Below, piece after piece: positions 25,928 through 34,967 of a DNA stretch of 64,000 bases (the first letter of the stretch is position 1; every line of letters starts with the position of its first letter). The notes under the pieces were generated by a model. The model was not told the origin of the DNA and did not search any database. It worked only from the letters and a program-made list of their open reading frames with translations. The DNA is taken from contig JASJCA010000004.1 of assembly GCA_030066215.1 (NCBI GenBank), positions 1,762 through 65,761 of the forward strand, in the 5' to 3' direction. The stretch comes from Rhodobacter sp. GTDB taxonomy: Bacteria > Pseudomonadota > Alphaproteobacteria > Rhodobacterales > Rhodobacteraceae. The translations under genes were made by a program, and so were the position numbers.

Positions 25928-27028
25928 TCAGAAATCGTCCATGTTGACCCAACGGCCCGTCTCGTCGCTGGCAAAGGCCGCCTCGATGATCCGCCGCACC
26001 TCCAGCCCATCGCGAAAGGTCGGCCAGACCGCCTGGCCGGTCTCGATCGCAGTCAGGAAGTCCTTCGCCTCGATGATGATCTGGTCTTGGTAGCCCGTGC
26101 CATGCCCCGGTCCCTTGCAGAACGGCAAATAGTCGGGATGCGCGGGCCCGGTCAGGATCTTCTTGAACCCGCGCTGCTCGGGCGGGTCCGTGGCATCGTA
26201 GAACCACAGCGCATTCTGATCCTCCTGATCGAAGCGGAGCGCGCCCCCGGTGCCGAAGATCTCATAGGCATAACCCATCTTCCGCCCCGTCGCGACGCGG
26301 CTGGAAAACAGATGGCCCATGGCGCCATTTTGAAACCGAACCATCATTTGAACCTGGTCGTCGTTGGTCACCGGCAGCCCGCCGCGTTCCGCATGCACCG
26401 TCTCCAGCCGCGCCGACAGCTCCGAGACTGGGCCGACCAGGGCTAAAGCGGCATTGAAGATATGCGGCGCAAGATCGCCGATGCAGCCATTGGCCCGCCC
26501 TTGATAGCGCCAGGCGGCCACATCGGTGTCGTTGTGGAAATCCTCCACATGCTCGGCCCGGACCCAGGTGATCCGCCCCAACGCACCGTCGGCGATCAGC
26601 GTGCGGGCGTACTGCGAGGCCGGCGTGCGGATGTAGTTGTAGGCCACCATATTGGCGCAGCCCGACGCTTCGGCGGCGTCAACCATCGCCCTTGCGTCCT
26701 CGATCGACACGCCCATCGGCTTTTCACACAGCACCGGCAGGCCCCGCGCAAAACAGGCCTCAGCAATCTCGCGATGGGTGTCCTGCGGCGAGGCGATCAC
26801 CACCGCCTCTACCCGCGGATCCGCCACCAGCTCACGCCAATCCGCTGTCGCACGGGCGAACCTATAAGCCGCGCGGTACCGCTCGGCGCTTTCCGCCGTG
26901 GTCGCCGCGATCATCTCCAGCCGCGGCTTCAGCGTGGTCTCGAACACCGTGCCGACCGAGGCCATGGCGGCGGAATGCGCCTTGCCCATGTAGCCGCCGC
27001 CGACGATGCCTACGCCCAACTCTCTCAT
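25928..27028 (-). CDS. Gfo/Idh/MocA family oxidoreductase
   Basis: ORF 25928..27028(-). MRELGVGIVGGGYMGKAHS...PVLCEKPMGVS. Confidence 0.85.
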   Translation of the reverse strand: MRELGVGIVGGGYMGKAHSAAMASVGTVFETTLKPRLEMIAATTAESAERYRAAYRFARATADWRELVADPRVEAVVIASPQDTHREIAEACFARGLPVLCEKPMGVSIEDARAMVDAAEASGCANMVAYNYIRTPASQYARTLIADGALGRITWVRAEHVEDFHNDTDVAAWRYQGRANGCIGDLAPHIFNAALALVGPVSELSARLETVHAERGGLPVTNDDQVQMMVRFQNGAMGHLFSSRVATGRKMGYAYEIFGTGGALRFDQEDQNALWFYDATDPPEQRGFKKILTGPAHPDYLPFCKGPGHGTGYQDQIIIEAKDFLTAIETGQAVWPTFRDGLEVRRIIEAAFASDETGRWVNMDDF

Positions 27029-27235
27029 GTTTGATAGAACCCGCGCTTGTTCGAGTTTTCGTCCCTTGCGTCACCCCGGCCTTCCGCGTCAAGTTCTTGC
27101 GCGAATGCAATCACCGCCGTTGAGGGGTTTCCTTTCAATCCTGATAGGAACCGCCTCACCGGCGACATGCCATAGGGGCCCCTCGACATCGCCGCGCCCA
27201 AATCCAACCGCTTCCTGATCATCGGCCGCGCCGGG

Positions 27236-28162
27236 ATGGATTTCTACGCCGATCCGCCCGGCACAAGGGTGCAGGACGCCGCCCGCTTCACCACGGCCCT
27301 TGGCGGATCCTCGGCCAACACTGCCGCCGCGATCTGCCGCCAAGGCGGGCAGGCGGCGCTGGTCACCTGCGTCTCCGACGATGCGGTGGGCGAATACGTC
27401 CTCGGGCAGCTGCAGCACTATGGCGTCGAGACAGACCATGTCCGCCGGGTCGGCGGCGAGGCCCGCAATTCGCTCGCCGTCGTCGACACCAACAAGGACG
27501 CCACCCAAAACATCATCTACCGCAACAACGCCGCCGACTTTCAGATGTCCGCCGAGGATATCGCCGCCGTCGAAATCGGGGACTTCGGCGCGGTCGTCGG
27601 CGCGGGCACGGTTCTCGCCTCCGAGCCATCGCGCAGCGCAACGCTGCTCGCATTCGAACGCGCCCAAGCCGCAGGGATTCCGATTGTGCTCGACGTCGAC
27701 TACCGGCCCTATTCCTGGCCCGACGCCCGCACCGCGTCGGAAACCTATACCAAGGCGGCCGGGGTCAGCGACATCATCGTCGGCAATGACGACGAGTTCG
27801 GCGTTTTGGCCGAGGACTATCACGGCGGGCTTGATGCCGCCCGCGCGCTGGCCGCGCAAGGCAAGATCGTCGTCTACAAGATGGGCCACCGTGGCGCGAT
27901 CACGCTGCACGAGGGCGAGAAACACCGCACCGGCATCTTCAAGGTTGACGCGCTGAAACCCACCGGGGCCGGCGACGCCTTCATGGGCAGCTTCCTCTCC
28001 GCCCTGGCCTCCGGCCGCGACCTGAAAGACGCCGTCCTGCGCGGCTCCGCCGCCGCCGCCATCGTGGTCACCCGCGTCGGCTGCGCCCCCGCGATGCCGA
28101 CCCCGCAAGAGCTCGACGACTTCCTGACAACCCATCCCGGCCCGACCATTCCGGAGGACTGA
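27236..28162 (+). CDS. PfkB-family sugar kinase, IolC (5-dehydro-2-deoxygluconokinase)-like. The 5' end is problematic and it may be a pseudogene.
   Basis: ORF 27236..28162(+). ...GGSSANTAAA...PTGAGDAFMGSF... aligns with the IolC N-domain at 14897..16816. Conserved N-terminal sequence (NRFLIIGRAG) is encoded upstream of the first ATG and behind an in-frame TAG. See the finding at 27167-27238. Confidence 0.7.
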   Translation: MDFYADPPGTRVQDAARFTTALGGSSANTAAAICRQGGQAALVTCVSDDAVGEYVLGQLQHYGVETDHVRRVGGEARNSLAVVDTNKDATQNIIYRNNAADFQMSAEDIAAVEIGDFGAVVGAGTVLASEPSRSATLLAFERAQAAGIPIVLDVDYRPYSWPDARTASETYTKAAGVSDIIVGNDDEFGVLAEDYHGGLDAARALAAQGKIVVYKMGHRGAITLHEGEKHRTGIFKVDALKPTGAGDAFMGSFLSALASGRDLKDAVLRGSAAAAIVVTRVGCAPAMPTPQELDDFLTTHPGPTIPED

Positions 28163-28165
28163 CCC

Positions 28166-29008
28166 ATGCACATCGCGCCGTTCGACAATCACAACGAGGC
28201 CATCGTCGACATCGACAATCCGACGGTGCCGCTGAACTACTTCAACATCGTCAAATTAAGGCGCGGCGAGGCCTTCGCCTACCGCACGCCGGGCTACGAG
28301 ACCTGCGTGGTGCCCGCCACCGGCACCGTCGATCTCGACATCGAAGGCCACAAGGTCGACAGCCTGGGCAACCGCGGCGAGGATGTCTGGGACGGCGAGC
28401 CCGAGGGCACCTACGTGCCGAGTGGCGCCCATGTGGAAATGGTCAGCGTCTCGGACGATTGCGAGGTCTTTGTCGCCGGTGCCAAGTATGCACAAGCGCT
28501 CGACCCCTTCACCGTGCGGTCCGCAGACCTGGACTTGGTTCAATACGGCTCCGACGACACCAAGACCCACCGCAAGATCAAGCACATTCTGGGCCAGAAA
28601 CAGGCGGACAAGGTGGGGCGGCTACTGGTCAGCGAGCTTTTCACCGTCGGCGCCGGTGGCTGGTCGGGCTTCCCGAGCCACAAGCACGACACTGACCGGC
28701 TGCCGACCGAAACCCACCACGACGAGACCTACAATTTCCGCTTCCGGCCGAAACACGGCTCGGGCCTGCAGATGCTGCAGCGCGAGGATGGCCAGCCGGG
28801 CGATGCCTATCACATCGTCGACGGTTCGACGATCTGCATCGACACTGGCTATCACCCCTGCGCCGCGCTGCCGGGATACGAGATGTACTATTTCACGATC
28901 CTCGGCGGCGCCTCGCAGCGGCCCTTGGTGCAGTATTTCCAGCCCAGCCACGCCTACCAGATCGAAACGATCCCCGGCATCAAGGACATGATCGCCAAGT
29001 TCAAATGA
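28166..29008 (+). CDS. KduI/IolB family 5-deoxy-glucuronate isomerase-like protein (second copy)
   Basis: ORF 28166..29008(+). ATG is preceded by GGAGGA. GWSGFPSHKHDTDRLPTETHHDETYNFRF...GYHPCAALPGYEMYYFTILGG parallels iolB at 12065..12871. Confidence 0.8.
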   Translation: MHIAPFDNHNEAIVDIDNPTVPLNYFNIVKLRRGEAFAYRTPGYETCVVPATGTVDLDIEGHKVDSLGNRGEDVWDGEPEGTYVPSGAHVEMVSVSDDCEVFVAGAKYAQALDPFTVRSADLDLVQYGSDDTKTHRKIKHILGQKQADKVGRLLVSELFTVGAGGWSGFPSHKHDTDRLPTETHHDETYNFRFRPKHGSGLQMLQREDGQPGDAYHIVDGSTICIDTGYHPCAALPGYEMYYFTILGGASQRPLVQYFQPSHAYQIETIPGIKDMIAKFK

Positions 29009-29835
29009 CCCTGGCGACGCTTTCGGAGGTCCTGCAGCCCGCACTGCGCGAGGGCTACGCCGTCGCCGGGCTGGTGGTGCTGGGTTGGGAGGACGCCCGC
29101 GCCTATGTCGCCGCCGCCGAGGCAGAAGGCGCGCCGGTGATCCTGCAAGCGGGCCCAGGCTGCCGGACGCACACGCCGCTCCCGGTCCTGGCGGCGATGT
29201 TCCGATACCTTGGCGAGGCGGCCAGCGTTCCCGTCGTCGCCCATCTCGACCATGGTTACTCGGCCGACGAATGCCGCGAGGCCATCGACAACGGCTTCAC
29301 CTCGGTGATGTTCGACGGCTCCAAACTGCCCTTGGCCGAAAACATCGCCCAGACCGCCGCCATCGCCGAGATGGCCCATGCCGCCGGCGTCTCAATCGAG
29401 GGCGAGATCGGTTTCGTCGGTTACAGCGAAGGCGCGGCCTCGCGCGGCACCGACCCCAACGAGGCGCGCCGTTTCGCCGCCGAGACCGGCGTCGACGCCA
29501 TGGCGATCTCGGTCGGCAACGTGCATCTGCAGCAGACCGCCGACGCGCAGATCGACTGGGATGCCTTGCGCGCCATCGAGGCGGTGACCGACGTGCCGCT
29601 GGTGCTGCACGGCGGCTCCGGTATCGCCGCGACCACCCGCACTGACCTCGCCCGGACCAGCAAGGTCTGCAAGTTCAACATCGGCACCGAACTGCGCCAG
29701 ACCTTCGGAGCTTCGCTACGGCAGACGCTCGCCGCGAGGCCGGACGAATTCGACCGCATCAAGCTGCTGACGGCCACCGAAGCGCCCCTGACCCATGCCG
29801 CGCGGCAGGTCATCCGGACCCTTCAGGCCGCCTGA
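29005..29835 (+). CDS. class II fructose-bisphosphate aldolase family protein (IolJ/KbaY-like)
   Basis: ORF 29005..29835(+). ATGA overlap with the upstream gene. ...VVAHLDHGYS...SVMFDGS...EGEIG...HGGSGI. Confidence 0.8.
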   Translation: MTLATLSEVLQPALREGYAVAGLVVLGWEDARAYVAAAEAEGAPVILQAGPGCRTHTPLPVLAAMFRYLGEAASVPVVAHLDHGYSADECREAIDNGFTSVMFDGSKLPLAENIAQTAAIAEMAHAAGVSIEGEIGFVGYSEGAASRGTDPNEARRFAAETGVDAMAISVGNVHLQQTADAQIDWDALRAIEAVTDVPLVLHGGSGIAATTRTDLARTSKVCKFNIGTELRQTFGASLRQTLAARPDEFDRIKLLTATEAPLTHAARQVIRTLQAA

Positions 29836-29900
29836 CACAACAACGCTATTGCCCAACAATTTCAAAAACTTGGCCACTGCTCGGACTCGGGTGAAACCCC

Positions 29901-32162
29901 CTAGGCCGACGCCTTCAACGCATCGGCCACCGCACGCAGCAACTCATCGCGGCTGACCGGCTTCATCAGCATCACGTCGTCGATGCTGACACCGTTGCCT
30001 TGAATCGTGGCCTCTTGCGGGTACCCCGAAAGGAAGATCACCGGTAAATCCTGCTGCATCTCGCGCAGCTTCCGCGCCAGGGCCGGGCCCTGCAGATCCC
30101 CCGGCATGACAATGTCCGACACCACCAGATCGAACGGCCCGTCGGTGCGAAACGCCTTTTCGGCGCTCTCGCTTTCCGAGGCCGACACCACGCTGTAGCC
30201 GCTTTGACGAAGTTGCCGGCTGAGCACTCGTCGCACCGTATTGTCATCCTCGACCAGCAACAGCTTCGCGCCGGTTTCTGCCAGCGGGGCCCGCGTCGCC
30301 TTGCCGGCAGGCTCTTCTTTTCGTGCCGAAACCGACTTGAAGAACAGTTTGAAGGTCGTGCCGATGCCGGGTTCGGAATAGACCCGGATCGCGCCACCGG
30401 TCTGCCGGATAAAGCCTTGCACCATCGACAGACCGAGCCCGGAATTCTTTGCCACTGCCTTGGTGGTGAAAAACGGGTCGAACACATGCGGCAGAACCTG
30501 CGGGTCGATGCCGCCACCGGTGTCGGTGACCGCCATCATCACGTAGTCGCCGGGCTCGATATCCTCGGCATGTTCGTCGAAATACTCCTCGCCCAAAACC
30601 ACGTTCGACGTCTCGATCGTCAGGTTTCCGCCGGTCGGCATCGCATCGCGGGCATTGATCACCAGGTTCAGAAGCGCGCTTTCGGTCAGGCTGCGGTCAG
30701 CCGAAACCGTCCAGGTTTCCTTGGGCAGAGCGATTTCAAGCTTGATGTTTTCGGGCAGGGTCCGGCGCAGCATGCCCTCCATGCCGTTGACGATCGCGTT
30801 CAGGTCAATCTCGGCCGGGTCGAGCGGCGCGCGGCGCGCGAAACTGAGCATGTTCAGGGTCAAATCGCGTCCGCGCAAGGTGGCGTTGATCGCATCGCCG
30901 ATCATCGCCTCGCGCTCTTCCAGTTCCGACACCTCGCGCAACAATTCGAGGTTGCCCAAGATCACCGCCAATAGGTTGTTGAAATCATGCGCGATCCCGC
31001 CGGTAAGCTTGCCGATTGAATCCATCCGTTGCGCCTCGAACAGCTTCATCTCGGTTTCGTATTGGTCGGTAACGTCGAGCGTCGAGCCGATCTCTTTGAT
31101 CACCTTGCCGTTTTCGTCGAAGATCGGCCGGGCGACCTCGCGGATCCGGCGGAAACCGGTGGGGGTGACCACGCGGTGGTCCATTTCAACAATGCTGCCT
31201 TCACGCAGCTCCCGGTATTTCTGGCGTACGCGTTTCCGGTCGTCGGGATGCGTCAACGAGAAATCGCCTTCCAGATGCGAGGCCTGCTCGACATATTCCT
31301 CGGGCGTCAGCCCATGGGCACGGGCATGCTGGTCAGAGCAATACTCGCAGCGATCCTCGATCGCGTCCCAGACGTAATAGCCGAGCTTGGCCAGTTGCAC
31401 CGCCTGTTCCAGCCGCGCCTCGCGCTCTTCTGCAAGCGCCTGGTTTCGCTTGCGCTCGGCCACCTCCGTCGCGAGTTGCGCGTTGGCCATCTGCAGATCT
31501 TCGGTCCGCTCGCGCACCCGATCCTCAAGCCGGGTGTTCATCACCTTGATCTCGCGGCGATCGTAGAACAGCATCGCCATGGTCAAGACGCCAAACAGCA
31601 CCATGCCGGTGATAAACGCAAAGGTGAAATAGGCCTGTCGCAACTGGCTTTGCAGGAAGGCGGTGTTGGCCCTGACGCGATCGTCCTTGGCCAGCAGAGC
31701 CAGCTTGTGGGCCACCGGCACGATGGTCCGCAGCTTGGTCTTCAATTCCGACACCGAGGCGGCGTCGTCGCGGTCGAGCCGAAGGACCTGCGGCTCGGCT
31801 TCGGCCAACAACGACTTGGTCAGTTCGATCGTCTCTGACGCCATCGGAACGCCCCAGGCCTCGCTGCCGAATGTGCCCAGCGGGTCGTTGATATGCACCC
31901 GGCTCCACAGCACATCGAAGCGGATTAAGACGTCGTCCAGCGTCACGCCCTCTTCGCCGTCGCTGTAACGGTCGAGATGGTCGATCAGCTGCATCACTTC
32001 GTATTCGACCTGACTGGCGTAAAAGGTCAGGTTGCCGGTGAACGTGCGGCTGCTTTCACGCACAAGGAAGATGGTCGAGATCAGCATCGCCAGCGATGCG
32101 ATCGCCATGACCACAGTCCCTGCGATCAGCGCGACGTCGAAAAGGCGCCGACGCGGGGTCAT
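29901..32162 (-). CDS. hybrid sensor histidine kinase / response regulator (periplasmic loop, PAS, HisKA, HATPase, receiver)
   Basis: ORF 29901..32162(-), 753 aa. Two TM segments flank a ~160-aa loop. It has a coiled coil, a PAS-like region, H-box GGIAHDFNNLL, G-boxes and a C-terminal receiver (LLLVEDD...DLVVSDIVMPG). Confidence 0.85.
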   Translation of the reverse strand: MTPRRRLFDVALIAGTVVMAIASLAMLISTIFLVRESSRTFTGNLTFYASQVEYEVMQLIDHLDRYSDGEEGVTLDDVLIRFDVLWSRVHINDPLGTFGSEAWGVPMASETIELTKSLLAEAEPQVLRLDRDDAASVSELKTKLRTIVPVAHKLALLAKDDRVRANTAFLQSQLRQAYFTFAFITGMVLFGVLTMAMLFYDRREIKVMNTRLEDRVRERTEDLQMANAQLATEVAERKRNQALAEEREARLEQAVQLAKLGYYVWDAIEDRCEYCSDQHARAHGLTPEEYVEQASHLEGDFSLTHPDDRKRVRQKYRELREGSIVEMDHRVVTPTGFRRIREVARPIFDENGKVIKEIGSTLDVTDQYETEMKLFEAQRMDSIGKLTGGIAHDFNNLLAVILGNLELLREVSELEEREAMIGDAINATLRGRDLTLNMLSFARRAPLDPAEIDLNAIVNGMEGMLRRTLPENIKLEIALPKETWTVSADRSLTESALLNLVINARDAMPTGGNLTIETSNVVLGEEYFDEHAEDIEPGDYVMMAVTDTGGGIDPQVLPHVFDPFFTTKAVAKNSGLGLSMVQGFIRQTGGAIRVYSEPGIGTTFKLFFKSVSARKEEPAGKATRAPLAETGAKLLLVEDDNTVRRVLSRQLRQSGYSVVSASESESAEKAFRTDGPFDLVVSDIVMPGDLQGPALARKLREMQQDLPVIFLSGYPQEATIQGNGVSIDDVMLMKPVSRDELLRAVADALKASA

Positions 32163-32181
32163 GTCGGAACCAGTCCCAGGG

Positions 32182-32700
32182 TCACCTCACATCGAGGGTC
32201 TTCAACTGCCAGATCGATCTGGAATAGTAGACCTCGTTTTGCAGGTCGGGATCGTCGCTCCACGGATAGATGATCCAGACCGGACCTTTGTTGCGCACGG
32301 TCAGGATCTGCCCGTTGGCACGTAGGGCGAGGATCACGTCGTATGACTCGCCGTCCATCAGCGGGATGGTGATGGTGTAGTCGTTCAATGCGATCGCCGC
32401 GGCCTCGGTGCCCTGGGCGTTCACATCAGCCATCAGATCGCGCAAAAGCACACCTTCGAAGCGGGTTTGGCCGTCCGTCCAGGGCGTCCTGGTGACCAAT
32501 TCATGCGTGCCAACGGCGTCCAGCATCGCCAGATCGTAGCGCATCGCTGTGTCGCCTTCGTCGTTGGTGTTTCCAATCGCTCCGGTGACCTCAAGAATCA
32601 CCGGCCCCTGCGGCTGTTCCTGCGCGGCCGCGGCGAACCCAAGTACCGAGAACAGCACGACAAGCGCCCTGCTACACATGGCGCGAACGGTACATCGCAT
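32182..32700 (-). CDS. small periplasmic protein resembling the molybdopterin-oxidoreductase (YedY/sulfite-oxidase-type) substrate domain
   Basis: ORF 32182..32709(-). I prefer ATG 32700, 8 nt after GGAGGG; alternatives are GTG 32709 and ATG 32679. Signal peptide ...ALVVLFSVLGFAAAAQ. FEGVLLRDLMADV...NDYTITIPL...NKGPVWIIYPW is the pattern of these short proteins as I recall it. Confidence 0.65.
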   Translation of the reverse strand: MRCTVRAMCSRALVVLFSVLGFAAAAQEQPQGPVILEVTGAIGNTNDEGDTAMRYDLAMLDAVGTHELVTRTPWTDGQTRFEGVLLRDLMADVNAQGTEAAAIALNDYTITIPLMDGESYDVILALRANGQILTVRNKGPVWIIYPWSDDPDLQNEVYYSRSIWQLKTLDVR

Positions 32701-32814
32701 ATCCCGCACCCTCCACTTCGGATTGCAACCTTAGATTGGACCGATGCCGGGCCTGGAACAAGCCCCGCCCGGAAAATCCTCAGCTTGGCGTCTCTAGATA
32801 CCCGTTATCAGGTG

Positions 32815-34554
32815 TTAACGTTGTTTTTTCCTGAACGCGGCGGTCGCCGTTTGATCTACGACGTTTCCACTCAGGACAACACCAAAGAGCCGCTGCGCCT
32901 CGGCTCCGGTATAATACCCCAACTCAACATCGCGTTGCACCAGGTTAGGATCGCGGTCGAGTGGATTGCCGTAGCCGCCCCCGCCCGGCGTGCGGACATG
33001 TACCGCGTCGCCGGGGCCAAGCGGTATGTCCTGCTCCTTGCTCAGATGGGCCGGCACATGCCGGTCGCTACCGCGCAGCACGCATACTTCGTTCGGCGCG
33101 CCGTCGCCGCCGTCCAGGACGCCCTGCGGTCCGACCCAGCCGTGATCCATAACGAAGCTCGCCTTGGCTTGCCCGCGCCGGAGTTCGACCTTGTAATCCA
33201 ACCCGAAACCGCCGCGCGCCCGGCCAGCACCGCCCGAACCCTCTCGCAGGGCATAATGGTGGTAGAGCACCGGGAAGGCCTGTTCCATGATCTCCACCGG
33301 CGGCGCCTTGGAGATGCCGATCGTCGAACAGCCGTTCGACAAACCGTCATGGCCCGCATTGCCGCCATAGCCGCCGCCCGAAAGCTGGTACATCACGAAA
33401 TCGCGCCCGCGCTCGGGGTCGTGGCCGCCCAGGGCAAGGTTGCCGCTGGTTCCCGCCGGTGCGGCCGTGACCCGATCGGGCAGAGCCGGCACCAATGCGG
33501 CGAAAACCGCCTCGGCGATGCGCTGGCTGACTTCCGCCGCGCAGCCCGACACCGGGCGCGGGTATTGCGCATCGAGGAAGGTCCCCTCGATCCCCGCCAC
33601 CTTCAGCGGCTCGAAGGCGCCGGCACTGATCGGCACCTCGGGGAAGATGTGGCGCACTGCCAGGTAGACCGAGCTGAGCGTGGTGGCGCGGACCGAGTTC
33701 ATCGGGCCGAGGCAGGGCGGGCTGGACCCAGCGAAGTCGAACACCAGGTCGTCGCCGTCGCGTGTCACCGAAAGCCTGATCGCCAGGGGCTCGTTCACCA
33801 CGCCGTCGCTGTCGACCCAAGCGGTCGCGGTGTGAGTGCCCTTTGCGATCTCGGCGATGAAGGCCCGCATCTGCTGCACCGCGCGCCGCCGGAGCTCGGC
33901 GATCGCCGCGGTCACGGTGTCGTCGCCGTAGCGGTCCATCAGGGCGCCAAGCCGGTCTTCGCCAACCAGCAGCGCCGCCGCCTGCGCCTTGACGTCGCCG
34001 ATGCGCTGATCGGCCACCCGGATGTTGGAGCAGATGATCGCGTAGATCTCGGGATCGAGCACGCCCTCTTTGAAGAGCCGCACCGGCGGCAGGCGCAGGC
34101 CCTCCTGCTCCACAGCCGTGGCGCTGGCCGAGAACCCGCCCGGCACCGCGCCGCCGGTATCCGGCCAATGCCCGGTATTCGACAGCCAGCAATAGAGCCC
34201 GCCATTGCGGTAAAACGGCCGCGCGAACCGCACATCCATCAGATGCGTGCCGCCGAGGTACGGGTCGTTGACGATGTAGATGTCGCCGGGCCTGGGCTCG
34301 GCCACGTCGCCGGCGGCGATCATCTCGATCAGCCGCCGGGTGGAATATTGCATCACGCCAACGAAGACCGGCAGCCCGCCCGCGCCTTGCGCGATCAGCG
34401 CGCCGTCCTCGGCGGCATAGATCCCGTCCGAGCGGTCATTCGCCTCGGCGATGACAGGTGAGAAGGCCGCGCGCGAAAACGACAGGTCCATCTCGTCGCA
34501 GACCTGTTGCAGCCCGGCCTGAATGACCGACAGGGTGATCGGGTCGAGGCTCAT
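32815..34554 (-). CDS. hydantoinase B / oxoprolinase family protein (HyuB-type)
   Basis: ORF 32815..34602(-) trimmed to ATG 34554 (ATGA overlap with the upstream stop). MSLDPITLSVIQAGLQQVCDEMDLSFSRAAFSPVI...NDPYLGGTHLMD. Confidence 0.85.
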   Translation of the reverse strand: MSLDPITLSVIQAGLQQVCDEMDLSFSRAAFSPVIAEANDRSDGIYAAEDGALIAQGAGGLPVFVGVMQYSTRRLIEMIAAGDVAEPRPGDIYIVNDPYLGGTHLMDVRFARPFYRNGGLYCWLSNTGHWPDTGGAVPGGFSASATAVEQEGLRLPPVRLFKEGVLDPEIYAIICSNIRVADQRIGDVKAQAAALLVGEDRLGALMDRYGDDTVTAAIAELRRRAVQQMRAFIAEIAKGTHTATAWVDSDGVVNEPLAIRLSVTRDGDDLVFDFAGSSPPCLGPMNSVRATTLSSVYLAVRHIFPEVPISAGAFEPLKVAGIEGTFLDAQYPRPVSGCAAEVSQRIAEAVFAALVPALPDRVTAAPAGTSGNLALGGHDPERGRDFVMYQLSGGGYGGNAGHDGLSNGCSTIGISKAPPVEIMEQAFPVLYHHYALREGSGGAGRARGGFGLDYKVELRRGQAKASFVMDHGWVGPQGVLDGGDGAPNEVCVLRGSDRHVPAHLSKEQDIPLGPGDAVHVRTPGGGGYGNPLDRDPNLVQRDVELGYYTGAEAQRLFGVVLSGNVVDQTATAAFRKKQR

Positions 34555-34967
34555 GCCGGCAGCTTCTTGTTGCGGTGATACGTCAAGGCGCAGGCCAGGC
34601 ACATCGCAAGCGGGGTTTCAGGCAGAGGTCTGTGGGGATCGATCAGAATTGCCCGGTTGCCGTGATACACGAATGCATCGCCGAACATCTCACGGAAGCC
34701 TGCCACCAGAGTTGTGTTGCAGTTCAATAGTACTGCCGCCCGTGCATCGCCCTTCACCTGACCCAACCTGACCGTGCTGCCCGCCTTGCTGGCCTCAGTC
34801 AGGTAGGCCGGCTCGCCCCATTTCAGCGTTTCCGTCAGCGGCCCAACGCCCGCAGCTTGTGCGACCTCGAAGATCATTCGCCGGATTTCCAACAATTGCT
34901 CCCGCGCCGGACTCGCGATGGACACGAATGCCGCCCGCACCTGTGACGGCATCGCGGGTGCGGTCAT
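34551..34967 (-). CDS. DUF1801 (YdhG-like) domain protein
   Basis: ORF 34551..34967(-), 138 aa. ...LEIRRMIFEVAQAAGVGPLTETLKWGEPAYL.... 4-nt overlaps with both hyu genes. Confidence 0.65.
   Translation of the reverse strand: MTAPAMPSQVRAAFVSIASPAREQLLEIRRMIFEVAQAAGVGPLTETLKWGEPAYLTEASKAGSTVRLGQVKGDARAAVLLNCNTTLVAGFREMFGDAFVYHGNRAILIDPHRPLPETPLAMCLACALTYHRNKKLPA

Noticed and set aside
27129-27149. Imperfect inverted repeat GGTTTCCT-N12-AGGAACC in the divergent promoter of the second iol-like module, considered as an independent GGAA-N6-TTCC-type IolR box (the RpiR-type IolR motif described for Sinorhizobium).
   Set aside because: The spacing and orientation do not fit GGAA-N6-TTCC, and no RpiR-type regulator is encoded here. 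I mention it only as possible half-sites of the LacI-type palindrome.
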